A stretch of DNA of 64,000 bases from the IMG/VR virus record IMGVR_UViG_2904150443_000004, positions 64,001-128,000 of that record. One strand, given 5' to 3'. Each line of letters begins with the position of its first letter. Positions within the stretch are counted from its first letter, which is position 1. This document shows, in pieces, positions 8,521 through 17,121 of the stretch. This DNA is from a virus. Taxonomy: Duplodnaviria; Caudoviricetes. The notes under the pieces were generated by a model. That model saw only the letters and a program-made list of their open reading frames with translations, made no database searches and was not told where the DNA came from. A program made the translations under genes and the position numbers.

Positions 8521-9858
8521 ATGAGTGGAAATGTACAAACGGTTGACCTGTACGAAGTGCTTCCAGATGTGCTTACTGAAGTGAATAAAAACAAAGAAAT
8601 GCAAAGAGATATTGAAGAGATACTTGCAACAAAACATAACATCGCAAGAGGAACATTTGCTGAAATTTTGATAAATAATGGTCGTTTCGACGAAATATTA
8701 AATAACATTGAACGTACAGTCGTTGTTAAAGTTGTGAATGAAATAACTAATGACAATAGAGTGAATCCAAGTAATTTTTACACAAAAACGGAGATCAATA
8801 AAGCAAATAAGTACAAAAGAACAAATGGTGGAGAAGTGTCACTTCCATATACTTTTGAGTCTGTACTGAAGACTTCAGATATTGATTATTTAACCGTTTT
8901 AAGTTACCAAGACATCGCAAAACTTTGGAACTACGGAATTCTAACTTACAATTTCCAATCTCAAAGATTATCCAAGAAAAAAATGAATTCAAAAAATAAA
9001 ATTGTTGAGAAGGCTGATGTTAATTTACGAAGCGTGAAAAACATTGTTAGATTGATGCAAGAGGGCAAATATAGTCCATCAACATTACTATTTAATGTAC
9101 TTGTCGATGGTAAAAGTTCTATTGAATACGAAGATGGAGAACTTACAGTTACCGAAGAAAGTACTATCAACTTAATTGATGGCATGCATCGCGTACAAGC
9201 TATTTTGAAGGTGATTGAAGAGAATCCTGATTTTGAAGGGTATATGAATGTTGATATAAAACATTACACCCTTGAGAAAGCTCAACAGCTCTTAGCCATA
9301 ACAAATATGGTAAACCGTTTTGATAAGACATTGATCAAAAATTATATGGCTGAATCGATTGGCGCGAAGATTACAAAAGATTTGATGACTATAGCTGAAC
9401 TCAAAAATAAAGTGTCTATTAAGACCACTTTAGACAAGAAGCTTAATTACTACACAAACTTTGCAATCTTGTCTGAAGCTATTGAATCTGTATTTGAGCC
9501 TGAAAATACTAAGGATCAGTTCGACTATGCCGATGTTCTTAAAAAGTTCTTCGGTTACATGATCCCCTCATATGAAGAGAAATTCAAAAATAAGAACGAG
9601 GAAATCAAAACAAGTTGGTTTACACATCACAACATGTTCGTAGGTTTTGTAGTGATTGCTAAGAAACTTTATGATAAATACGGAAAAGATTATCCAGTTG
9701 ATGAGATTGTAAGAATTATTGATGGAATAGACTTTTCGAAGAATGAAGATTCTGAACTGAATCAGATTTTGACAACACAAGGGAAAGTAAATAGTAATAA
9801 AGTTAAGAAGAATATTAGAGAGTTTTTTGATACGAAGGTAGACGAGCTGCTTTCATAA
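8521..9858 (+). CDS. DGQHR/DndB-like (ParB-like) protein, SPbeta YopQ-like
   Basis: LIDGMHRVQA motif, 445 aa, immediately upstream of the YopR-like gene. Confidence 0.75.
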   Translation: MSGNVQTVDLYEVLPDVLTEVNKNKEMQRDIEEILATKHNIARGTFAEILINNGRFDEILNNIERTVVVKVVNEITNDNRVNPSNFYTKTEINKANKYKRTNGGEVSLPYTFESVLKTSDIDYLTVLSYQDIAKLWNYGILTYNFQSQRLSKKKMNSKNKIVEKADVNLRSVKNIVRLMQEGKYSPSTLLFNVLVDGKSSIEYEDGELTVTEESTINLIDGMHRVQAILKVIEENPDFEGYMNVDIKHYTLEKAQQLLAITNMVNRFDKTLIKNYMAESIGAKITKDLMTIAELKNKVSIKTTLDKKLNYYTNFAILSEAIESVFEPENTKDQFDYADVLKKFFGYMIPSYEEKFKNKNEEIKTSWFTHHNMFVGFVVIAKKLYDKYGKDYPVDEIVRIIDGIDFSKNEDSELNQILTTQGKVNSNKVKKNIREFFDTKVDELLS

Positions 9859-9891
9859 GTAGCTCATAATCCTCTCAAGGAGGTATTTGTT

Positions 9892-10869
9892 TTGTCTAAT
9901 AAGATATATGAAGATAAATTGTTCAATGAAGATTTAAAATATGAGTTCATCAATCAATATGGATTTGGTACTCAAAAAGTTATTGTTCGCCTATTTAAGG
10001 TTTCTCAAGTAATGGAGTCTGATATGGGAAAGGATATATATGACTTCAATCGTGAGGAATTAAGAAAATTCTTTTTTTATCTTTTACCTAAGACTGAAGC
10101 TGCGAGTAATTCGAATGTCACTTGGATTCAGAAATATATTGAGTGGGCAATTGATGAAGGCTATAAGGAAGGGCTAAACCCTCTCGACATGGTCGATTCA
10201 ACTTGGAAGAAGCAGTTTGCTAATGCTAATCTGAAGCAGCTCTGGACTGACAAAGAGATAGATGAGATTGTTGACCCAACTAAACGTGCTAATTATCAAG
10301 ACGCTGCACTTGTTATGATGCTTTTCTCAGGGATTAAAGGCCAAGGGAACAGTGAAATACTTAGTCTTAGAGAAAAGGATATAAACTTTAAAACAAATGA
10401 AGTGCTATTACACGATGAAGATGGAAGCACAAGGACTACAATCGTAAGTGATAAATGTATTGAATTCATGCGTAAGGCATTAAATGAGACAGAATATGAA
10501 AAGATGAATGGCTTTGCTTCGCCAGATATCAAAGCTCCAACTGCGAAGTTGGTTGAAAATGAATATGTGATCAAGAGTGCAACAACACGCACTATTCACT
10601 TTGAAGAGGCAGATAAGTTCATTGTAAGTAGAAGGATCTCAAAAATTGCAGATGAATTAAATATGCCTACATTTACGCCTACTGCAATCTTTAGAAGTGG
10701 CATGCTCGCACTGGCTAAGGATGCTTACTTGCAGTCTGGTGAGTTAACTGATGACGCAGTAAAAGTGATTCAAGTGAAATTTGGTGGTAGTGGTGACACA
10801 ATCGATTATAGATTGAAGCAAGATTTATTAAATGCAGAACTTGTAAAAGAAGTTTATCAAATACCCTAG
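9892..10869 (+). CDS. tyrosine-recombinase-fold master repressor, SPbeta YopR/MrpR-like
   Basis: 325 aa; KDIYDFNREEL N-terminal domain; degenerate catalytic motifs (FSGIKG for GxR, AIFRSG for HxxR). Confidence 0.8.
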   Translation: MSNKIYEDKLFNEDLKYEFINQYGFGTQKVIVRLFKVSQVMESDMGKDIYDFNREELRKFFFYLLPKTEAASNSNVTWIQKYIEWAIDEGYKEGLNPLDMVDSTWKKQFANANLKQLWTDKEIDEIVDPTKRANYQDAALVMMLFSGIKGQGNSEILSLREKDINFKTNEVLLHDEDGSTRTTIVSDKCIEFMRKALNETEYEKMNGFASPDIKAPTAKLVENEYVIKSATTRTIHFEEADKFIVSRRISKIADELNMPTFTPTAIFRSGMLALAKDAYLQSGELTDDAVKVIQVKFGGSGDTIDYRLKQDLLNAELVKEVYQIP

Positions 10870-10891
10870 ATTATAATTCTAGGGTATTTTT
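10859..10891 (+). terminator. intrinsic terminator
   Basis: AAATACCCTAGA-N7-TCTAGGGTATTT followed by T-run. Confidence 0.8.
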
Positions 10892-10901
10892 ATTATTTTG
10901 C

Positions 10902-10931
10902 TTGACTATATGGAGATAAATATGGTAAATT
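10902..10931 (+). promoter_or_regulatory. sigmaA-like promoter of agr-like operon
   Basis: TTGACT-N18-TAAATT with TGn extension. Confidence 0.55.
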
Positions 10932-10959
10932 ATACTCATAAAGAAGAGGGGATAGAAGA

Positions 10960-11481
10960 GTGATAAGTAAATTAAGTAAAAAGTTAGCGAAATATTTGTT
11001 TAGTAATATTGATGAGAATGATATGACTAGATTTGCCAACAAGGGATATGATATAGTTGAACTAGAGAGCAGGTTAAAAGTATTATTTATATACATGTTT
11101 ATGATACCAATTATTATCATTGAAAGTGCATTTACGGGATTATGGATGGAGAATCTTATTTCACTAGTTATAGTTTTTGGATTAAGAGTTCTAAATAAAG
11201 GGCATCACTTTTCGCCTGATGTGTGTCTTATTGTTACAACTTCTATTATTGTATCTGTGCCTTTGATTAGTGAGTTTTTAAATAATGATTTATTAAAATT
11301 AAATATAGTAATAATAACAATTATATTATACATATTGTTTCCAGAACAGTTGAGTACTAAGAATTATCATAAGAAATTTATTTCAATAATATTGTGTGTT
11401 TTTGGTTATTACTTAATTGATTTACTTTTAGCTGCTCTGTTTATCTTATCATTTGATCAACTAAAACTAAAAAGAGGGTAG
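10960..11481 (+). CDS. agrB: AgrB-family peptide-processing membrane protease
   Basis: Multi-TM; amphipathic N-terminus; LRVLNKGHHFSPDVC matches the AgrB LR..GGxH....C catalytic His/Cys motif. Confidence 0.8.
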   Translation: MISKLSKKLAKYLFSNIDENDMTRFANKGYDIVELESRLKVLFIYMFMIPIIIIESAFTGLWMENLISLVIVFGLRVLNKGHHFSPDVCLIVTTSIIVSVPLISEFLNNDLLKLNIVIITIILYILFPEQLSTKNYHKKFISIILCVFGYYLIDLLLAALFILSFDQLKLKRG

Positions 11482-11490
11482 GGCATTTTA

Positions 11491-12153
11491 ATGCTAAATG
11501 ACTTTTTAGGGTATTCGCTATTTTCAACTTTAGAATATCTGGGTATATTCTATATGATATTTACGCTATTTAGCTTACATCCTTCTTATCACATTATTAA
11601 ATTAGTAACAATGTCATTAATAATATCAATATTGTCGTATATATGTGTAGTTTTTAAAATATACGACCTCATTCCAGCACCTTTGATAACAATACTTACA
11701 ATATCTATGATGATTCATTTTATAATAAGAAAAAAAGTTGTTTATAGTTTTGTTATCACTGGAGCTGGTGTAGCAATTGCGGCAGGTATACAACTAAGTA
11801 CCACAGGTTTGTTCCTTTTGAATAATTTTCTATCCATAGAGCAATTATCACATTCATTTGGTATTAAGACATATGTGATACAGTCAATAAATACATTCGC
11901 ATACTTCTCGATATCATTAATTTCACATCACACACATGGTCGCTTTGGTTACAGCTTTAGAAAAGGGAATGAATATAAGAAATTTGTTGTGCTTGCATTG
12001 TTACTAGTGGTAACTATATCAATATTTTTCATAGCGTTCTCATTTATTGACACAACTGAGTTGACATATTTATTTTTATTTATTGTAGTTGTATTATCAG
12101 CTATTATTTTCTTATACCTGTCTAATAAACAAGATGAGTATGAATTTAAATAA
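11491..12153 (+). CDS. 6-7 TM membrane protein, AgrC-sensor-like but without kinase domain
   Basis: 220 aa, almost entirely hydrophobic helices; ends about 10 aa after the last TM; lies between agrB and the peptide gene. Confidence 0.65.
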   Translation: MLNDFLGYSLFSTLEYLGIFYMIFTLFSLHPSYHIIKLVTMSLIISILSYICVVFKIYDLIPAPLITILTISMMIHFIIRKKVVYSFVITGAGVAIAAGIQLSTTGLFLLNNFLSIEQLSHSFGIKTYVIQSINTFAYFSISLISHHTHGRFGYSFRKGNEYKKFVVLALLLVVTISIFFIAFSFIDTTELTYLFLFIVVVLSAIIFLYLSNKQDEYEFK

Positions 12154-12187
12154 TATATAAGTTAACTAATTTGAGGAGGTGAATAAA

Positions 12188-12295
12188 ATGAAAAAGTCGA
12201 AAATGAATGTAGCAGGTGCATTGCTTGTGGCTGTGTTTGCACTTCCATCTGTAGTTGTTGGCAAGTTCTTCTTGTTCTGTGATACAAGCAAGTAA
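12188..12295 (+). CDS. AgrD-like propeptide (35 aa: MKKSKMNVAGALLVAVFALPSVVVGKFFLFCDTSK)
   Basis: Strong GAGGAGGTG RBS; basic-hydrophobic leader, aromatic core and short polar tail; in the agrB operon; missed by the ORF track. Confidence 0.7.
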   Translation: MKKSKMNVAGALLVAVFALPSVVVGKFFLFCDTSK

Positions 12296-12338
12296 TATCA
12301 AACATAAAGAGTTACATAAGAATTATACATAGTGAAAT

Positions 12339-12361
12339 GAGCGTATCTATTTGATACGCTC
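12339..12361 (+). terminator. hairpin between peptide gene and LytTR gene
   Basis: GAGCGTATC-TATTT-GATACGCTC, no strong U-tract. Confidence 0.5.
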
Positions 12362-12394
12362 TAAATACACCATCGCATCAACAATAATAAGGGG

Positions 12395-12895
12395 ATGGAT
12401 TATACTATGTTTCGAAAAATAATTGAAACCATTAAAAGAATGTCTGCAAATGAACTGATAAGTGTGTCTTCTGAAGTTGATACTGAATTATCTAAATTAG
12501 ATGGTGTAGTTAAAATTCCTGTGGGAGTAAATAAATTTACTGTCATTGAGGTAGACACCATAAACTACATAGTTTGCCCTAAAAATAAGGTGGCTATCAT
12601 TCATTTGAATGATGGAAAATCTATTGAATGCAAACTTTTATCGAATGAGCTTTGTGAATATTTAGAGTTTAATCATAATAACTTTAGAATGTTAGACAAC
12701 GGATTGTTGGTTAATATAGATAATATTATTGAATATGATTCATATATGCTGAAAATTTATTTTACAGAAGAGAAGTTCGCTGTTATAAACAAAAAAGCAA
12801 TGAAAAATATTGTTTCTAAATTAAATATTGAGGATATAACAAAATCTGCTGATCCCCAATTGGATTACTTAGTTAAGTTTGTAAAGAATTCTTAA
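12395..12895 (+). CDS. stand-alone LytTR DNA-binding domain protein (no receiver domain)
   Basis: IEVDTINYI...IIHLNDG...LCEYLE..NFRMLDNGLLVNIDNIIEYD LytTR pattern. Confidence 0.75.
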   Translation: MDYTMFRKIIETIKRMSANELISVSSEVDTELSKLDGVVKIPVGVNKFTVIEVDTINYIVCPKNKVAIIHLNDGKSIECKLLSNELCEYLEFNHNNFRMLDNGLLVNIDNIIEYDSYMLKIYFTEEKFAVINKKAMKNIVSKLNIEDITKSADPQLDYLVKFVKNS

Positions 12896-13005
12896 TACCA
12901 TGCCTGAAGCATTCTGTCAAGGATTTTGTTTTTTTGAAAAAAGTTGTTTAAAGATATTTATTAGGTTGATATAATTTTAATATCAATATTTAGTAAAAGG
13001 AGGAA

Positions 13006-13254
13006 TTGCCGATGACATCAATACAGGATGTGCTTTGGAGCAATTGGGAGACTAGTGTCCATCATTTTTTCTTGTGGATTAGAAATGTATGCGAGATAGA
13101 TGAGAATAGTGTAACTTATCAACAGTTACGTGAAATAATACATAGTGTTAATGACATCTCAGATTTTACAAACTTCTTTGATGGTGACATTGACAATATT
13201 TCTGATGCTGTTAGTGGACTTATTCGGTACAAAGAACTTTTTCGTATCGCGTAA
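13006..13254 (+). CDS. hypothetical protein
   Basis: AAGGAGG RBS, ORF. Confidence 0.65.
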   Translation: MPMTSIQDVLWSNWETSVHHFFLWIRNVCEIDENSVTYQQLREIIHSVNDISDFTNFFDGDIDNISDAVSGLIRYKELFRIA

Positions 13255-13320
13255 TCAAAATGGAGGAGGTTTGTCTAATGGTGAACTTTCTCCATTAAAA
13301 AAATAAAATATAAAAAACCA

Positions 13321-13350
13321 TTGACATTAGATAGTGTGATTTGATAAATT
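13321..13350 (+). promoter_or_regulatory. sigmaA-like promoter for tRNA/replication operon
   Basis: A-rich UP element, TTGACA-N18-TAAATT with TGn. Confidence 0.65.
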
Positions 13351-13411
13351 AATCTCAGAAGTTAATACATAAGCAGTAATGAAAGATAGATTTCATAGTA
13401 AGTTAATCAAT

Positions 13412-13486
13412 GGACTCATAGCTCAGTGGTAGAGCGTTCGGCTCATAACCGATTGGTCGTAAGTTCAAGTCTTACTGAGTCCACCA
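13412..13486 (+). tRNA. tRNA-Ile2 (anticodon CAT, lysidine type)
   Basis: Cloverleaf GGACTCA/TGAGTCC, anticodon loop CTCATAA, encoded CCA; resembles Bacillus tRNA-Ile2 rather than tRNA-Met. Confidence 0.85.
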
Positions 13487-13489
13487 TGT

Positions 13490-13561
13490 GTCTCTATGGC
13501 CAAGTGGAAAAGGCGCAGATCTCCTAAGTCTGTATCGATGGTTCGAATCCATCTAGGGGCG
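13490..13561 (+). tRNA. tRNA-Arg (anticodon CCT)
   Basis: Acceptor GTCTCTA/TAGGGGC, anticodon arm CAGAT-CTCCTAA-GTCTG, T arm GATGG-TTCGAAT-CCATC; no encoded CCA. Confidence 0.85.
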
Positions 13562-13654
13562 TTTGAAATCAACACTCATTAAGAGTGATTAAATAGATTG
13601 CTTTTTGTTTGTTGATTTAAAAATAAAATTATAAGGGAGATTGATGAAATTAGT

Positions 13655-14794
13655 ATGGCAAAGACAAAACAAAAAGAAATCGTAAAAGTAGGTAAGAACG
13701 GAAGCAAGGAGTTTAAGGCACGTTTCCACCATGTAGGTAAGGTAAGTCCAGTACGGAAGAAAGAGCAAAATGGTGATAACTGGTTTGATGTTCCTTACTT
13801 TGAAGTGAAACCGACAAAATCAGGTAAACCGCGTCGAGTAACACAACTTCAGCTTGAGACTGCTATGAGTAATAATTTGAAATTTGAAGTCGCAGGTATG
13901 GAACAAGATTTTGCATATCCATATAGCATGAAAGAACGAAATTCATTTAAAATCACATGGGAAGATCGACTTGATAAAACAAAATATCCTAATGAATCCT
14001 ATCATATTATTAATGGAACTGATTGGGATAGAGCTGGTGAAGTTGGTGAACTTCTTCAAAATGCCGAGGGTGATATTTGGGCAGAGGTTCGAGGGATTTA
14101 TGAATTTAGTACTCTCGAAAATGATAACGGTGAAGAACGAACTTTTGTAAAACGAAACATTGAGCAATTTAATATAATTGAAAATGGAGCCGAGATCAAT
14201 CTTGGGCGTAACAATACTATTACTTATGTAACAGATTTCGAATCTCCTGATTTTATTGAAGTTAATACATATACGATGCAAATCGGAATTAAGAGCACAT
14301 ATCAAGAAGATGAAGGCAAAGACACAAAAGTTAATGCAGTATTTTTGCAAAGTAGTAAGGTGCGATCAGAACCATATGATGTTGAACTTATAGTATCATA
14401 CAAAGAGCCAAAAGAAGGGACAATTGCTCTAGCAGATGCATTTGCATCATTGAATCATTTGGACTTTATTGAGGCAATTGGGCAAGATCATAACCGTGCC
14501 ACTTTCACTTATGTAGATATTGAAGAAACCCTATCAGATGAAGATCCTTTTAATGAGGTTGCATCTGATGAGAAAGTAGTAAGACAAGAGCGAGTTGTTT
14601 CTGGAGATAAAAAAGGATTTGAAATTACAGGTTATACAGCAGGAACAATTGCTAGAGGATTTTTGACTGAAGAGGAAATTGCAAAGTCTACTAATCCGTT
14701 TAATACACAAAATTCGAGCAATAAAGATCCATTTGATCCTTTCTTTGATGAGGGGAAGCCAATTGATATTTCTTCAGATGATTTGCCGTTTTAA
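13655..14794 (+). CDS. phage single-stranded DNA-binding protein-like (YorF-like position)
   Basis: Acidic C-terminal tail DISSDDLPF; upstream of the Sak4-type ATPase. Confidence 0.7.
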   Translation: MAKTKQKEIVKVGKNGSKEFKARFHHVGKVSPVRKKEQNGDNWFDVPYFEVKPTKSGKPRRVTQLQLETAMSNNLKFEVAGMEQDFAYPYSMKERNSFKITWEDRLDKTKYPNESYHIINGTDWDRAGEVGELLQNAEGDIWAEVRGIYEFSTLENDNGEERTFVKRNIEQFNIIENGAEINLGRNNTITYVTDFESPDFIEVNTYTMQIGIKSTYQEDEGKDTKVNAVFLQSSKVRSEPYDVELIVSYKEPKEGTIALADAFASLNHLDFIEAIGQDHNRATFTYVDIEETLSDEDPFNEVASDEKVVRQERVVSGDKKGFEITGYTAGTIARGFLTEEEIAKSTNPFNTQNSSNKDPFDPFFDEGKPIDISSDDLPF

Positions 14795-14846
14795 TCACTT
14801 ATAAAATAAACAATTAAAATAATTATAAAAGGATGATACACAAATA

Positions 14847-15998
14847 ATGAGTTGGAGACAACAGGCAGTAAAAAAGAATACTCCCAAGGTTGATTTGCAA
14901 GCGTACAACGTTCTTGTGGCTGGTTCATTTAAAAGTGGCAAGACTCGTCTTTGGAAAGAAGTAATGGAGCTGCACTACCCTGATAATCCAGATGCAGGGT
15001 TGCTCCTTGCTTTTGAGGATGGCTATACAACGTGGGAGCTAGATTCTTATATAGATATGCACAATAAGGATTGGAACTATTTTAAGAAAGTTGTAGTTAA
15101 GAACCTTGTTGAAGAGGCTAAAGATGGAGCCATCACTAAAGTACTTGGTATTGATACAGTTGATCGTCTAATTGATATGGCTTCTGACTGGATGGTAGAA
15201 ACATGGAACAAGAAATATAGTAAAACATATACATCAATTCAGGAATTTAATGAAAATATTAAAGACGAGAACATTTATTTAGAGCTCAAGAAGGAAATTT
15301 GGAAACAGATTGACACACTAAAACGAGCTGGTTATGGATTCTTCTGGCTTGCTTGGACGAAAGAAAAAGAGACAACTACTATTGATGGTCTAAAGTTCCA
15401 ATCCATTGAATTGATGATGAGCAAGACAGGAAAAGATATTTTTGAATCTCAAGCACACTTGATTACTTGTTTGTTTAATGAAGTTATTGTTACAGACAAG
15501 GAAGGAAATGAACTTGAAGAAAACCAAAAAACTAAAAAAGGTAAGGAAGTCGCTTCTAAATTCCATAAAACACAAACTTATATGTACTTCCGTCCTTCTA
15601 GTTATGTAAACATTGCAGGTGGTCGATTTACTGACTTACCAGATAGAGAAGAATATAGTGCTGAAAACTTCATGAAGGTGTTTGAACAGGCAGTTGAAGG
15701 CCAGTTGAAACGGACTAAAAAGAGTGTTGCTGAATTACGTGTTGAACAAGAAAAAGAACGTGAGGAGCAAGCAGGAAATATCGATACAGAAGAGGTTGTA
15801 CCTCGTCCTGTCAATGAGATTCATGAAGATATTCGCAAGGCAATTACTCCACATATGGGAGATGAGAAGAAGAAAGCTGAAATTGCCGTAAATTTTAAGC
15901 GGATTTTTGGTACAGATCAAGCGAACTACCTTTTGATCACTGACTCAAAATTACTTGAAGATGCATTAAAATGGGTACAAGAAACTTTTTCAAATTAG
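14847..15998 (+). CDS. AAA/Sak4-like ATPase (YorG-like)
   Basis: Walker A GSFKSGKT, LLAFEDG, IDTVD. Confidence 0.75.
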   Translation: MSWRQQAVKKNTPKVDLQAYNVLVAGSFKSGKTRLWKEVMELHYPDNPDAGLLLAFEDGYTTWELDSYIDMHNKDWNYFKKVVVKNLVEEAKDGAITKVLGIDTVDRLIDMASDWMVETWNKKYSKTYTSIQEFNENIKDENIYLELKKEIWKQIDTLKRAGYGFFWLAWTKEKETTTIDGLKFQSIELMMSKTGKDIFESQAHLITCLFNEVIVTDKEGNELEENQKTKKGKEVASKFHKTQTYMYFRPSSYVNIAGGRFTDLPDREEYSAENFMKVFEQAVEGQLKRTKKSVAELRVEQEKEREEQAGNIDTEEVVPRPVNEIHEDIRKAITPHMGDEKKKAEIAVNFKRIFGTDQANYLLITDSKLLEDALKWVQETFSN

Positions 15999-16027
15999 GG
16001 CTATGAAAGAGATATTTCGTAGCGGAG

Positions 16028-16390
16028 GTGAGAAGTGTGCTATCTTATCCAATAACAGGCGGACATACATTCAAAATTAATGAAGACAAGTCTAATCATA
16101 ATCATGGTTTGATGTTTACTCATAAGAACGAAATGATTTTAAGTAAGGAACAAGCGGAAAAGTTGTTAACAATTAATTTAGGGGGCTGTAATTTGGAATC
16201 ACTGTATCATGTAATCGTAATAACGCAAAATAGTGAAATTTTGATTGATAAAAAAGTAGTTTCAAAATCAGAGGAAACGGCTAAGTTTAAGGTTGGGGCT
16301 TATGCTTGTCTTGAAGATAATAAACTAACGCCTGATGATGTAACAATTATCGTTAAAAATCTAGGCAGTGTCAAAGTAGTAGATAAATAA
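16028..16390 (+). CDS. hypothetical protein
   Basis: ORF; start uncertain. Confidence 0.55.
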   Translation: MRSVLSYPITGGHTFKINEDKSNHNHGLMFTHKNEMILSKEQAEKLLTINLGGCNLESLYHVIVITQNSEILIDKKVVSKSEETAKFKVGAYACLEDNKLTPDDVTIIVKNLGSVKVVDK

Positions 16391-16404
16391 TACATAAGAG
16401 TCAC

Positions 16405-16444
16405 AGTCCCAGAGATTACATTACAGTTGCAAGTCTCTGGGACT
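16405..16444 (+). terminator. stem-loop
   Basis: AGTCCCAGAGA...TCTCTGGGACT. Confidence 0.55.
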
Positions 16445-16470
16445 ATTAATTAGTATCTTAGGAGGGAATC

Positions 16471-17115
16471 ATGGGAAGTGGAATCCTATCTTTATTAATC
16501 GCAATTACATCTATTCTTAGTGTTTGTGATTATGGAGAAGTGAATAAGAATAATAGCTCAATTCAAGTAAATGTTGAGGAACTGGAGACTGTGAAAGGTA
16601 ATCAAGATGTTCAAATAGCTTCAGTAAATGTTAAGAGTAGTAGACTAAAACTAAATAATGTTCCGTTATCAAATGAGCTTCTGGATTTCATCTATTATCA
16701 TACAACTAAGAGTGAGATTGATTACGTTACATTCGTAGCTCTAATTAAAACTGAGAGCAGCTTTAATTCAAACCACATTAATTACAATACAAATAACACA
16801 AATGATAAAGGAATTGCACAAGTTAATTCTGAAAATGTTGCAGGTTTAACTAAGACCGTAAAGAAAAAGTATGGGATTGAAAAGGTAGATATTTTTAACC
16901 CATACCACAATACTCTTCTTGCTATTGAAGAATTACTAGAAAGCAGAGATTATTTCAAAGATACATACAGTGATAAAGATCTTGATATTGCAATGTTTGG
17001 TGCATATAATTTTGGAAATTTTGGAATGAAAGAGTTTATAAGAAAAAACGGTCATATGCAAACACAATACATAGAGAGATTGAGTAAAAACAAAAAGTCA
17101 TTACTTGGGGAGTGA
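16471..17115 (+). CDS. secreted lytic transglycosylase (SLT domain)
   Basis: Signal/TM segment, ALIKTESSFN, GIAQVN, AYNFG. Confidence 0.8.
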   Translation: MGSGILSLLIAITSILSVCDYGEVNKNNSSIQVNVEELETVKGNQDVQIASVNVKSSRLKLNNVPLSNELLDFIYYHTTKSEIDYVTFVALIKTESSFNSNHINYNTNNTNDKGIAQVNSENVAGLTKTVKKKYGIEKVDIFNPYHNTLLAIEELLESRDYFKDTYSDKDLDIAMFGAYNFGNFGMKEFIRKNGHMQTQYIERLSKNKKSLLGE

Positions 17116-17121
17116 GTTACA

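Noticed and set aside
9892-10869. Active phage integrase
   Set aside because: The catalytic Arg and His positions are substituted; size and context fit an MrpR-like repressor.
12188-12295. Arbitrium AimP peptide
   Set aside because: No adjacent TPR/RRNPP receptor; the context is AgrB and LytTR.
11491-12395. Frameshifted agrC kinase
   Set aside because: No H-box or GHKL remnant follows the stop; the space is filled by the peptide gene and LytTR.
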